From: the human T2T-CHM13v2.0 reference genome, Homo sapiens
Reading direction: 5' to 3' (one strand)
Assembly: GCF_009914755.1 (NCBI RefSeq)
Contig: NC_060941.1
DNA: 64,000 nucleotides
Within the stretch, counting starts at the first letter, position 1; each line of letters begins with the position of its first letter. This document shows positions 39,241-60,089 of the stretch, one piece after another. The position numbers and the translations under genes were made by a program. A model generated the notes under the pieces. It made no database searches and was not told the DNA's origin. It saw only the letters and a program-made list of their open reading frames with translations.

Positions 39241-40742
39241 TAAAACAAACTAAAATAATTTGTGTAAGTAAAGTACTGACCTATTGAAGGTTATTAGAAT
39301 GCAGTTACATTTTTATAATTCAAAATCTTCCACCAAGCATGTTTTCAGCTGTGGCTATTTTTGAAATAGAATTGAGGAAGCAAGATAAATATTTGGAGGA
39401 TAAAGATGATGCTAGCCAATATGAGCTGCAGGAAAGAACAGTCAGAACATTCATGACTATAAGTTTTGTGGGGGTTTTATGTGTGTTTGTAGAACACTTA
39501 CTGTTAGCTTAAAGCAAGCAAGACCCCATGCTTTGTTTACAAAGCTCAATTTATGAAGTTTAAGTAGAGCCTGGATTTTTGTTTTACAATTCATAACATC
39601 AAGAAAGTCAGTATACACAGAAATTCATATATGTATTCATGAACATAAATAGCCTTAATGAAGTGGAACGTGTTACTTATGTGACTAAACTTAAAAATTA
39701 AAACTAAATGGGCCCCTAATTAATGATTTTCAACATTGTTTAAAAAATATTTATGTATATAATTTTTATATGCCTTAGACATAAAATAGGCAAAGATTTT
39801 ATTTCCGTCTATGAATATATAAAATTAGTACTTTGATACCTAAAACAAACAAGAAAACATCAAATTGGTATGTATGGAAAAACTTTCCTTTTGTTCTCAG
39901 GATGTGAATTGCTTGAAGATAAAAATGGAAAGCACTTCAAAATATCTGTTTATATACATAAAAAGAAAAGCATTATTCTTGGACTATATTTGAGAGTCCT
40001 AACAAGATTAATTTGACTTGGACACAGAGTCCCCCAAAATGATACTGCAAATATTAAAGGATTTCTAATCATATTGCAGTTCAGCAGTGTTCTCAACACA
40101 ATGACATTTATAAACCTAGTACTCCAAACTGCTATGAGTATTGGCTCTCTTTTGATATTTGCTATGCTTATTACATTTGCCGAACTTTAAAACTTTCTGT
40201 ATCAGGATCTTTCAAGTATTTTAAGAGAAATGATGAAAGAAAGCAGCTTGCTATGTTATTATCATGTTAGTCACTCCTAGTGATTCTCTTCAAATGACAA
40301 GCATTAGTGATAAGCTTTTATTTGAGGTGTATCAAATATTCTCTGATGTGACTGCTCTAAAATATATTTGCAATTCTGATTTTTCAGAAATAATCACTTC
40401 CAACTCAAAGTCAAAACCATAAGAAGTTATTCATGCTAAGTGTTACAGCTTTCTGACATGTAGGAATAACTGATGTGGGTGAAGCATCTAGCTTAATGTT
40501 TTATATCTAGCTATTAGTCAGCTAATCCTCCTCCCTACTTCACTGAAAATATTTTCATTCTGTCTGACAAAAGGTAAAAAAATTATATTAACTGTGACTA
40601 AAAATGTATTGCAGATGACACATTAATGAGACTAATGGTTCTTGCCTTATTCTCTAAAGTTTTCATTTCTTACATTTGTTGAACCTACATCCAGATAGTT
40701 TAATAATTACACAGAAGATATCCTTTTCTTTTGGAACTCTAA

Positions 40743-41100
<358 letters not shown>

Positions 41101-41487
41101 TAAATTTAAAAAACAACCCAGTAAATTCCATAACTATATACTAAAAATTCATATAGGTAAAACATTTGGAATGTGTCCAGTTAATCAGAGTAAGACATGA
41201 CAGAAAGGTAAAGATAAGCGATTTTTACAGAGATTAGGTCTGTGAAGAAACATTTTGACTCATCAAAATTCAGTTAATTTCCATAGCATGGAAGGAGACA
41301 TGGTAACATTGTTTATAAAGCATTTGGATTTTAAAGGGATCCCATCAATTTATTTAATAATTGTTAAAGGGTAGTAGCTTTTAAATTTTTTTCATCATAA
41401 TTCAGTATATACTTACCTACATATATATGTGAAACAATGCTTTACCTCATGCACCTTATTCTATTTCCTTTAAAAAATGCTGGTCAT

Positions 41488-42098
<611 letters not shown>

Positions 42099-42179
42099 TG
42101 CTGGTCATAATTCATACATTAATTTCATTACCCACTAATGGATCATAAACTGCAATTTGAAAAATACTGATGAATAATA

Positions 42180-42476
42180 GCTGGGTGCAGTGGCTCACAC
42201 CTGTAATCCCAGTACTTTGGGAGGCTGAGGCGGGAAGATCGCTTGAGAGTAGGAGTTCGAGACTAGCCTGGGCAACATAGTGAGACTATGTCTCTAAAAA
42301 ACAAAAAACGGGGCATGGGTCATGGTGGCTTGCACCTGTAGTCGTAGCTCCACAGGAGGCTGAGGTGGGAGGATTGCTTGAGCCCAGGAGTTTGAGGCTG
42401 CAGTGAGGTATGACTGCATCACTACACTCCAGTCTGGGCAACACAGCAAGGCTCTGTCTCAAAAAAGAAAAAGAAA
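42180..42476 (+). mobile_element. AluJ
   Basis: TSD aaata(c/t)tgatgaataata. Confidence 0.85.
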
Positions 42477-42754
42477 TATTGATGAATAATAAAATAATTT
42501 TCTAATTTTTTTTCCTTGAAGACATAGAATGTAAGCATTGCCATTTTATATGTTCCTGAACCACTCACTTATTTGGACTCATCTAGACCTTGTTATCAAA
42601 AATTGCATCAGCTCACAAATCTTGTACACAAGCATCCTGCTCTCAGACGACAACATTCTGCCCTAGATTTTGTGCCCAAGTACTCCCACCTACAATTCTT
42701 TAATTACATTTAGACCACACTGATTTACAACTCAAGTCTGTTCTTTAAGATTTG

Positions 42755-42920
42755 TGGGGGTAGGGGGAGGGATAGCATTGGGAGATATACCTAATGCTAG
42801 ATGACAAGTTAGTGGGTGCAGCGCATCAGCATGGCACATGTATACATATGTAACTAACCTGCACATTGTGCACATGTACCCTAAAACTTAAAGTATAATA
42901 ATAAAAAAAAAGAAAAAAAA
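42755..42920 (+). mobile_element. Short young L1 3' end (L1PA2-like)
   Basis: gggagatatacctaatgctagatgacaagttagtggg...cttaaagtataata plus A tail; TSD aagatttg. Confidence 0.88.
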
Positions 42921-43681
42921 AAGATTTGAGTATCTTAAAAAGATACTCAATTCTGCCTGATGCAGTGGCTCTCTGTAATCCCAGTTACTCAGGAGGTTGA
43001 GGTGGGAGGATCCCTTGAGCCCAGGAGTTCAAGGCTGCAGTGAGCTATGATTGTGCCACTGCACTCCAGCCTGGAAAACAGAGTAACACTCTGTCTCTAA
43101 AAACAAGTAAAAATTTTTTTTAAAGATAGCAATCTCTAGCCAAAGATGATTGAATAAAATAAAAAGTGAATTAAAAAAAAAAGATAACAAATCTGCAGGG
43201 GGCGGAAATTGCAGTGAGCCAAGATCGTGCCACTGTGCTCCAGCCTGGGTGATAGAGTGAGACCCTATCTCAAAAAATAAAAATTCCAAATCTCCATTTC
43301 TCTTCTTCGCTTTATAGTACTACCTTGCAAAACCCCAAATCCTTCTTGTCAGAGACATTTCTCTAAAACTTAAATAAAAAACAAAACAACAAAAAAAACA
43401 CACAAATAAAACAAAAACCAAAAATGAACCTCGAATAAACCGCCAATCTTGTGACACTTGATGAACTAAATGGTTCTTTCTACCTACGCATGTGCCAACA
43501 TAGATGAAAAAGTCATGCCATCAGAAAAACTGGTTTCATTTAAAAATTATCTCAAACTTCCCACAGTCTCTTAGCACTGTGTGACAGTCCTACTACTCTC
43601 TGATATGACGATTTCATATCTGCTCTGACTTCATCCCTCCTCCTTCCTTTCTACCCTCATGACCTAGTTTGTGATTTAACC

Positions 43682-43865
43682 TAGTGGCTCTCAAAATGTG
43701 GTTCCCAGACCCGCAGCATGAGTTCATATTTAACTTGTTAAATATGAAGATTCACAGGCCTCACATCAGGCTTATTGAGTCAGAAACTCTGTGGATGGGG
43801 CCCAGCAATCTGTGTGCTAAGAAGCCCTGCAGGTGATTCTGATGCGTGAGAAAGTTTTGAAAATG
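43682..43865. mobile_element. MER5A (hAT-Charlie)
   Basis: tcagaaactctgtggatggggcccagcaatctgtg...caggtgattctgatgc. Confidence 0.8.
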
Positions 43866-44360
43866 AATCTTGCCTCATACTTCATTGAGAAGCCCTTCTT
43901 TAGAATGTAAGCTCTAAGAGGGCAGGGGTTTTTTCTTTTTTGTTTATATATACCCTGAGCACTAGAACAGTGCCTGGTACATAGTAGGCCTCAATAAATA
44001 TTTGTTGTCTCAAATCATTAAATGGGAATACCCGTCGTTTCCTACTAACATCTAAAAACATACCTGCATCTGTACTGATTTTCTTCTTTTTCCAACTAAG
44101 GAAATGTGCCTCATCCTACAGTCAGATTCTACACCATTCTAAAACAACAACAGACTTTCCCTTTCCCCTATCCCCTATCAGTTACTGCCCCATATCTCTG
44201 TTTCCCCTCTGTGCCAAACCTCCCTGCCCCCTACTCAGTAATTAACCCATTCTAGCCTGATTTTCACTTCCACTATTCAGTAGTTCTTGACAAAGTCAGT
44301 AGTTTTTTTATTATCTTTATTGAGATATAATTCGCATAATATAAAATTTACCCATTTAAA

Positions 44361-44448
44361 GTTTACAACTAACTGATCACAACCAGTCATAGGTTTCTTT
44401 GTTCCTTCTCTACTCCCACTGCTTCACATGACTTGCCTTTTTAAAAAA
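44361..44448 (+). pseudogene. Y3 RNA (RNY3-derived) retropseudogene, 5'-truncated
   Basis: gtttacaactaactgatcacaaccagtcataggtttctttgttccttctctactcccactgcttcacatgacttgccttttt plus A6, matching hY3 from about nt 22 to the end. Confidence 0.88.
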
Positions 44449-45049
44449 GTGTACAATTCAAGGATTTTAATACAGTCACAGTTGTTCAACCGTCACCCTA
44501 AGTTCCAGAAAATTTTCATCACCCCAGAAAGAAACCCCCTACCTATTAGCAGTCACTCCTCATTCCCACCACCCCTCCAGCCCTAAGCTACCACTACTCT
44601 CTGCTTCTATAAATTTCCTATTCTGGGCTTTTCATATAATTATTATTATAGAATTATAAATTCTACAATAAGTGGTCTTTGTGACTGGCTTCTGTTGCTA
44701 TCCATAATGTTTTCAAGGTTCATCCACACTGTAGCATGTATAAGTGCTTCATTCTTTTTTATGGCTAATATTCCAGTGTATGAATATATTGCATTTTATT
44801 TATCCATCAAGTGATGGACACTTGGTTGTTTTTACTATTTGGCGATTATAAACAATGCTGCTGTGCACATTAATGTATGAGTTTTTTGTGAATATATGTT
44901 TTTATTTCTCATGCATGTATACCTAGGAGTGGAATTGCTGGGCTGGCCATATGGTAACTTTATGTTTAAAATGTTAAGGAAGTGCCAAAGCAGCTGTACC
45001 ACTTTACATCTCCACTAGGAATGTATGAGAGTTCCATTTATCCATATAG

Positions 45050-46393
<1,344 letters not shown>

Positions 46394-46536
46394 GATGTTG
46401 CACATCTTTTCATGTGCTTATTGCCCATTTGTATATCTTCTTTGGAAAAAAGCCTTTGGGTTGTCTTTTTATTATTGAAATATAAGGATTCGTTACATAT
46501 TTGGGATACCAGTCTCATTAGATATATGATTTGCAA

Positions 46537-47755
<1,219 letters not shown>

Positions 47756-47769
47756 TAAGCTTCTAAATA

Positions 47770-48520
47770 TTGGGTTTTCAGTTATTGTCACTGTATTGCA
47801 AATTACCACAAAACTTAGTGGCATAAAACAATTATTTATTATGCTCACAATGTCTTTCAGTCAGAAATTAAAACTGGGTAAAGCAAGGTCACCTTATCTC
47901 TGTTCCAACTGGGGTCTCTGTTGGAAGACTCAGGCTGGGGGACTGGAATCATCTGAAGGCTTGTGAACTTACATGTCAAGCAATTGATAATGGCTACTGC
48001 CTGGGAGACCTCAGGCTACATCCACATGAGCCTGTTCATGTGGTTTCTCCACATGGCTAGTTTGGGCTTCCTCATGGCTTGATGGCTTGGCTGAGTATGA
48101 AGAGCAAGTATCCAGAGGGAGACAGAGGAAGAAAGAAGAGGAAGCCGGGGGAAGCCACGTGGCCTTTTATGAACAAACTTCAAAAGTCACACAGTATCAC
48201 TTTTGCTACATTTTTTTCATCCGAGTAGTCACCACACCTCACCCATGTTTAGATTAGGAAGGGAAACAGACTCTATTTTTTTATGGGGAATGGCAAAGTT
48301 CTAAAATAGCATGCGGGACCAGGAATGCTGTTGCGGCCTTTTTAAAAATAATCTGCCACAGTCTTTTCTGGCCACACAATTCACATCCTTCCCATGTGCT
48401 AAATGCACTCACCCAACATCCCCTAAGATTTCCCAAAGTCTAATCCCATTATGGTATTAGGCTGAAGCTTGAGGTCCAAGATTTCATTGAGGCCAAGACC
48501 ATGGCAGATAAGATTTCTTA
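47770..48520 (-). mobile_element. MLT1G-like LTR (to 48360) plus adjacent MLT1 internal sequence
   Basis: caaattaccacaaaacttagtggcataaaacaa...ataatctgccaca followed by MaLR internal motif. Confidence 0.7.
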
Positions 48521-50154
48521 TCTGGCAAGTAAGGTTTCTTCCTTTAAAAAAAAATTCTCCAATGAGAGTTTAATTTTTATGTTTATCAAAGTGTATACTA
48601 TATTAGATCATTTGTGTACCAGTAGTTACACTGATAAGGCAATGAAAAAGAAAATGTTTAACGCTGGAGCCTTATGGTCACAGAAAGTTTTTAAAAATTT
48701 AATTTCAATTTTCATACATATTTTTACTGCAGAGACATATTATATACTGCTTTGGCTGAGTCCCATAGGTTTTGGTATGTTGTGTTTCTGTTTTCATTTG
48801 TTTCAAGGAATTAGTCAATTTCCTTCTTAATTTCTTTCTTCACCCATTGGTTGTTTAGGAGCATGTTGTGTAATTTCCATGTATTTGTGTAATTTTGAAT
48901 GTTTCACTTGTTATTGGTTTCTAGTTTTATTCCATAGTCAGATAAGATACTTGATATGACTTCAATTAAAAAAATTTTTTTAGCCTTGTTCTGTGTCCTA
49001 ACATGTAGTCAATTCTGGAGAATGTTCCATTTGCTAATAAAAAGAATGCATATTCTGCAGCTGTTGGGTGAAATGTTCTGTAAATGTCTGTTAGAGCTAT
49101 GCTATGGTTTATCTGATGTTTCCTTGTTGATTTTCTGCCTAGATGATTTCTGCAATGCTGAGTTGGGTGTTGAAGTCCCCAGCTGTTATTGTATTGGCAT
49201 CTGTCTCTTCCTTTAGATCTAATAGTATTTTCTTTATGAATCTGGGTGTGCTGGTCTTAGGTGCATGTATATTTACAATTGTTATAGCTTCTTGAATTGT
49301 TTCCTTAATTACTATATAATGTCCTTCTTTGTCTCTTTTTATAGCTTTCGACTTAAAGTCTGTTTTAGCTGATATAAATATAGCTTTTCCTGCTTGCTTT
49401 TGGTTTCCATTTGCGTGGAATATCTCTTTCCATCCCTTCACTTTCAGTCTGTGTATATCCTTATAGATGAGGTGAGTTTCTTGTAGACAGCATATAGTTG
49501 GGTCTTGTTTTTGTTTTTGTTTGTTTGCTTTGTTGTTGTTGTTTAAATTCATTCAGCCAGTTTCTTTTAATTGGGAATTTTAACCATTTTACATTCAAGA
49601 TTATTATTAATAGATGAGGACTTACTCCAGACATTTATTGACTGTTTTCTGAGTATTTTGTGTAACCTTTGTTCCTTCCCCTCCTATTATTTATTTTTGT
49701 GGTTGGGTTGTTTTCTGTAGTGATAAGATTATTTATTCCTTTCTCTTTCTTCTTTCTCTGTTGGCTCTCCTGGTGAATTTTATAATTTCACATATCTTCA
49801 TGAGGGCAGTTATCATCTTTTTATTTCCAGATGTAAGACGCCCTTGAGCATTTCTCTTGGACTAGACTAGTGGTGATGAATTCTCTTATTTTTTGCTTGT
49901 CCAGGAAAGATTTTATTTCTCCTTCATTTTTGAAGAATAGCTTTCCTGGGTATAATATTCTTGGCTAGCTGAGTTTTTTTTCTTTCTGTACTTTGACTAT
50001 ATCATCCCTTTCTCTCCTGGCCTGTGAAGTTTCTGCTGAGAAAGCTGCTGCTAGTCTAATGGAGATTCCCTTATATATGACTTGATGCTTTTCTTTTGAA
50101 AAGGAATTCTCTTTTAGAATTATTTCTTTGTCTTTACCTTTTGACAATTTGACA

Positions 50155-50445
50155 GCTGGGTGTGGTGGCTCATGCCTGTATTCCCAGCACTTTGGAAGGC
50201 CAAGGCAGGTGGATCACCTGAAGTTGAGAGTTTGAGACCAGCCTGACCAACATGGTGAAACCCTGTCTCTACTAAAAATACAAAAATTAGCTGGGCATGA
50301 TGGCGGGTGCCTGTAATCCAAGCTACTCAGGAGGCTGAGGCAGGAGAATTGCTTGAACCCAGGAGACAGGTTGCAGTGAGCCGAAAATTGCACCATTGCA
50401 CTCCAGCCTGGGCTACAAGAATGAAACTCTGTCTCAAAAAAAAAA
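50155..50445 (+). mobile_element. AluS within the L1
   Basis: Alu body. Confidence 0.9.
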
Positions 50446-50786
50446 TTATTTTTTGACTATAATGTGCCTTAGAGAAGACTTGTTTGGGTTGAATCTATGT
50501 GGGAACTTTCCAGCTTCCTGGATCTGAATATCTGTGTCTCTCCCAAGACCTACGAAGTTTTCAGTTATTATGTCATTAAGTATATTTTCTACACCATCTC
50601 TCTTTTCTTCTCCTTCTGGAATGCCCATAATGCAATTATTTGTTTGCTTAATGGTGTCCCATAAATCCTATATGCTGTTTTCATTCTTTTTTCTTTTCTT
50701 TCTTTTTTTTTCTGCCTGAGTTTTTTCAAAAGACCTGTCTTCAAGTTCAAAAATTTTTTCTTCTGTTTGGTCTAGTCTGCTGTTGA

Positions 50787-51151
<365 letters not shown>

Positions 51152-51258
51152 GGTTCTTTTTTAATGATATCTCTTTGTTGAATTTCTCTGATTTTTGTTA
51201 ACTGTTCTATATGTATTCTCTTGTATCTCATTGCGTTTCCTTAACATGATTATTTTGA

Positions 51259-51873
51259 GCCACATGTGATGGCTCATGCCTATAGTCCTGGCTCCTTGGG
51301 AGGCTGCAGCAGGAGGATTGCCTGAGTCCAGGAGTTCTGGCCTATAGTGCATTATGCTAATCTGGTGTCTACACTAAGTTTGGCATCAATATGGTGACCT
51401 TCTGGGAGCAGAGAACCATCAGGTTGCTTAGGGAGGGATGAACCAGCTCAGGTCAGAAATAGAGCAGGTCAGCCAGGTGTGGTGGCTCACACCTATAATT
51501 TCAGCAATTTGGGAGACTGAGATGGGTGAATTGCTTGAGCTTAGGAGTTCGAGACCAGTCTGGGCAACATGGTGAAACCTCGTCTCTACAAAAAATACAA
51601 AAATTAGGCTGGTGGCTCATGCCTGTAGTTCCAGCTACTTGCGGGGGCTGAGGTGGGAGGATTGCTTAAGCCCAGGAGGTGGAGGTTGCAGTGAGCCAAG
51701 ATTGTACCACTGCATTCCAGCCTGGGCAACAGAGTGAGACTCTCTTTAAAAAAAAAAAAAAAAAGAAAGAAAAATAAATGGAGCAGATCAAAACACATAT
51801 GCCAATTAACAGTAGGATGCCTATGAATAGCCACTGCACTCCAGCCTATGCAGTATCGTGAGACCTTCATCTC
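51259..51873 (+). pseudogene. Full-length 7SL (RN7SL) retropseudogene split by an AluJ (51472-51775)
   Basis: S-domain sequence cactaagtttggcatcaatatggtgacc...gagcaggtca and 3' tgaatagccactgcactccagcc; Alu TSD aaat(a/g)gagcag(g/a)tca. Confidence 0.92.
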
Positions 51874-52576
51874 AAATTTTTAAGAAAAGATTATTATTTT
51901 GAATTCTTTTTCTGGCATTTTATATATTCCTTACGATTGGGGTTTGTTCCTGGAAAATTATTGTGTGCATTTGGAGGAGTCATGTTTCCTCAATTTTTCA
52001 CATTTGATGTGTCCCTATGTTGATTTCTACACATCTGGTGGAACAGTCACCTCTTCCAATCTTATGGAGTAGTTTTCATAGGGAAAGATTTAGTCATGTG
52101 GATGGGTCTTGGGGCATCAGTTGGATGGCTGCATTGGCTATGGTTCTAGGTGGACACAGTGTTGTAGTTTCTTTTGCTGTAATCTGCACTAGTGATGTTT
52201 GTGAGTATCCCAATGGCCTAGGCTGTTAGAGTTTATGGCAGAAGTCATGTAGCTTTACTGGGGTTGGGACCATTGGACTATTTCTTAGGTCAGGGACATG
52301 TGCATGCACATCATGGGTTGACCAGCTTGGGGTCTAGCTTGCTGAGGCTGTGGCCATGGACTGTTACTCTGGCTGGGGGCACATGTGCATGGCTGCCCAG
52401 CTTGGAGGTATGACAGCCTGGGGTGGGACCTCCAGGCTGTTCCTCTTCTGGGTGCAGGCACACAGTTTCTTGGCCAGCATGGGGTCATATCCACTGGAAG
52501 AAGACCTGCCAGCCTGTTTCTCAGGCCCTGGGCATGGGCAGGCCTAGGGTCATGGCCTCCAGGAATGGGCCTGTGA

Positions 52577-53047
<471 letters not shown>

Positions 53048-53272
53048 TGGAGTACTAGTTTCTTAATGACAGCTCCTTAACTATTGTTCCACTTGACTGA
53101 AAACCTATGAGCTAAAAAGGCCATTTATCTACTCCCTTTCCCGCTGTAACCCAATATACCCAATATGGTGTGGCATAGGATAATCTTCTCGTTCCCAGAG
53201 GGGGAAACCAGGAGGCACATAGAGATCACTGATCTAGAGCAATTCTCTTTTTATGTTTTCTCCCTATATGCT

Positions 53273-53681
53273 TATCTTAGTCTGCTTTGAATTGCTATAA
53301 AGGAATACCTGAAGCTGGGTAAATTATAATGAAAAGAGGTTTATTTGGCTCACAGTTCTGCAGGCTATACAAGAAGCATGGCACCAGCATCTGCTTCTGG
53401 TGAGGGCTTAAGAAGCTTCCACTCATTACAGAAGGCAAAAGGGAGCCCTCATGTGGAGATCACATGTTGGGAAATGAGAGAGAAAGGGGAGGAGGTGCCC
53501 AGCTCTTTTTAATTTAATAATCAGATCTCACAGGAACTAATGGCACAAAAATTAACTCATTACCACAAGGACTACACCAAGCCATTCATGAGGGACCTGC
53601 TTCCATGACCCAAACCAGGCCCCACCTTGAACATCGGGGATCAGATTTCAACATGAAATTTGAAATATCCAAACTATATCA
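53273..53681 (-). mobile_element. MST (MSTA/B) MaLR solo LTR
   Basis: ttgctataaaggaatacctgaagctgggt...atatccaaactatatca. Confidence 0.85.
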
Positions 53682-55600
<1,919 letters not shown>

Positions 55601-55677
55601 ATTGTTTAAAGGTATAATTTTGTTTTGAGACAATGTTATAATTAATATGTAATTATTATAACGTTAAATGTATTACT

Positions 55678-55723
55678 TTCTAATTCTTTTGCTGAAAATG
55701 GCCTTTTATCTTTTTTCTTGCAG
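55678..55723 (+). promoter_or_regulatory. Branch-point candidate, polypyrimidine tract and 3' splice site of the PPM1E exon
   Basis: TTCTAAT (55678-55684) followed by ...gccttttatcttttttcttgCAG. Confidence 0.7.
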
Positions 55724-55842
55724 TAATTGCCCTTCCTTTTTGGCTGCTGCTTTAGCCAGAGCCACATCAGATGAAGTCCTTCAGAGTGATCTTTCTGCAC
55801 ATTATATCCCAAAGGAAACGGATGGCACAGAAGGGACTGTGG
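55724..55842 (+). CDS. PPM1E: PPM1E internal coding exon (exon 2), protein phosphatase Mg2+/Mn2+-dependent 1E; partial CDS, phase 2 in / phase 1 out
   Basis: Polypyrimidine tract and CAG at 55701-55723; donor G|GTGAGT at 55842/55843; 119 nt reading T-AAT-TGC-CCT... = [39 protein letters not shown], which I recall as the PPM1E segment before the PP2C domain. Confidence 0.93.
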
Positions 55843-56229
55843 GTGAGTACCTTTCTACATTATTTGTTTAAAAATACTAGAATCTTCTATATGTAGTGGT
55901 CCACAGAAAATATCTGCAAAATACTAAATCTAATTACATTTACCTGCTGGTTGTTTATGTAGTGGTAGCAGGGGAGAAAAAATGCAACTTTTTTCAAATA
56001 AATCAATAAAAGGAAGGGAAGAAGAGAAAAATACATGTGTATTTTGAAAAAGGTAGAGTAGTATTTAGAAGGTAACTGGAGCAACAGGAGATTGTCATAA
56101 GTGATACCTACATGAATGGAAAGATTAAAGTGAGGAATGTGAAGATATTACAAAAAAGATGAGTGGGTGAGGGAGAATTCGAGCAAAACCTATTTGAAAT
56201 GTTTAGCTTACCTTTAAAAATCCAAGTTA

Positions 56230-56563
<334 letters not shown>

Positions 56564-57853
56564 TTAAAAGATACAAAAATTCAAGAAATCAGTTGTAACA
56601 CAACTTCTCACTAATTATATTAAATTTTATATCTACCAGTAAATAGAGCTCTTTATGATAGATATGCAAATGTGATTTAATTGCATAGGTCATTGTACAT
56701 TTTTTTCCAGATAAATTATGAGGCTCTATTTCTTAATGAAGTCATGTTTATTAATGTCTTAGGCTTATACATATTTGACAGGATCAAAGAAAATATTTTT
56801 ATAAAAATTAGAGAATTACTACTCAAAATTGTTAAGAAATTTTAATATTTCATACGGTTTGTTCTATTTAAAGCATTTGCCTTTAATCATGGTATATATG
56901 GAGCAAAGCATATGTTAATGAATCTGAGTAGCTAGATTGAAGAGAATGTGAGGCAAATATAAAAGTAAACATTTCTGTTCTTCCTTTATCTCTGTAGATT
57001 GTTTGTGACAGAAAATCGGCAAGGAAGGAATTACTCTTCTTGTTTTTACTGACAGTAACTGATTCACCTAGAACCAAATTGTTCCAGAGTCAAGTTGGAT
57101 AGAATTCTTGCTATAAAGCATTGGTTTTTCCTCTGCTACTGATGCATAGAGTAAAAGCCTTATAATGAAAAGATAGATTAAATTCTGCTTCACTCCAGCC
57201 AGGGTAATGGCTGATTCAACTCCAGCTCAGAACAATGACATTAATGACTGATGAGTAATTTACAGCTGTGAGGGGGTGGACTGCTACTTTGGACAGTTTT
57301 TTGCATCCCTTTATTATTTTATTTTTCCATTTCAAGCAGCAATTATTTATATACTGATGTCTTACGCTACTCCCTGCAGAAGGAGAATACTTAATCTAGA
57401 AAGATTGCAGTGTTGCCCTACATGCCTACTTTGGAAGAATTTTTTGATCCCTTTAAGATAGCAAAAGTGAAATGAAGTGTTTTCTTTTGGTGGATATAAT
57501 TGGTTATTCTGATTTTTTATTTTTCCAAGAGATTACCTAATAATGTCTCCATACGACTGCTGTGATTCAGACTGATCTACTATTATTCTAAACTATTTGG
57601 AAATCTTGTATTTATTTAACCCCAATCACTTAGTGTGAACTGCACCACAGAGAATCTCTATGGGGCATATTGTGTTTATCCATACATCAGAGTAGGAAAT
57701 GAGCATACTGAATAAGACCTGCTGTCACTGGCTTAAAGTCCTCACTGAAGTGCCTTTTGTCTCTCCTCTTGGTTGTTTCCAAAAACAGTCTTAAAAAAAA
57801 AAATCCTTAAATTTCTTTTCATGTTTACATTATCCCTAACAGAATGTTTGCTA

Positions 57854-58586
<733 letters not shown>

Positions 58587-59082
58587 TACTGTAAAAATTA
58601 AAAACAAGAAGGGAAAATGATCACTAATACAGAGGAAATTTAAAAATAATAAAAAGTTTTTGTAAATAAATTTGAAAACCTGGATGTCTTCTAGAAAAAA
58701 AAAATAAATTAACAAAGTTTACCTAAGAAGAAAGAGATTGAGAAAATTATCGAGGGACAGTCCTCACAAAAGGCCATGGAGTAGGTGACTCTACAAGTGA
58801 GGTGAACATTTTCAAATGCAAAGGCAGATAATTCCAATGGTTTTTTTTTTATTATATAGTTATTTATTTATTATTTTTTGAGCAGAGTCTCGCTCTTCCT
58901 TCAAGAATCTTCCTCCCAAAATGCTGGGATTACAGGCATGAGCCACTGTGCCCAGCCCCAATCCCTTTTAAAATGAATGCTCCAACTGCACGGAAAAAGA
59001 AGGAAAATTTGCATAACATAACACTGATACCAGAACCTACCCAAGACTAAAAAAGGAAATGAGAGACGAGTCTTAGTTGTCA

Positions 59083-59907
<825 letters not shown>

Positions 59908-60089
59908 CTATAGCACAACTTTTATATTAATGGGGGAAAATAAAAATAAACAGTAATCTCTAAAGAAGCCAAAAGAAACATTTGATAAAATTTAATATCA
60001 TTCCTAAATTTTAAAATATTCTTTATAAAGTAGGCCTAGATGGATATATCTTGGACGTCACATTTATGCTTAATGTATATTCTGGAATT

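Noticed and set aside
49139-49552. 137-aa ORF with endonuclease motifs
   Set aside because: Decayed L1 ORF2 EN domain; truncated, no RT, and surrounding frames are broken
55668-55871. 67-aa ORF as a standalone gene
   Set aside because: It is the PPM1E exon read through its flanking intron sequence
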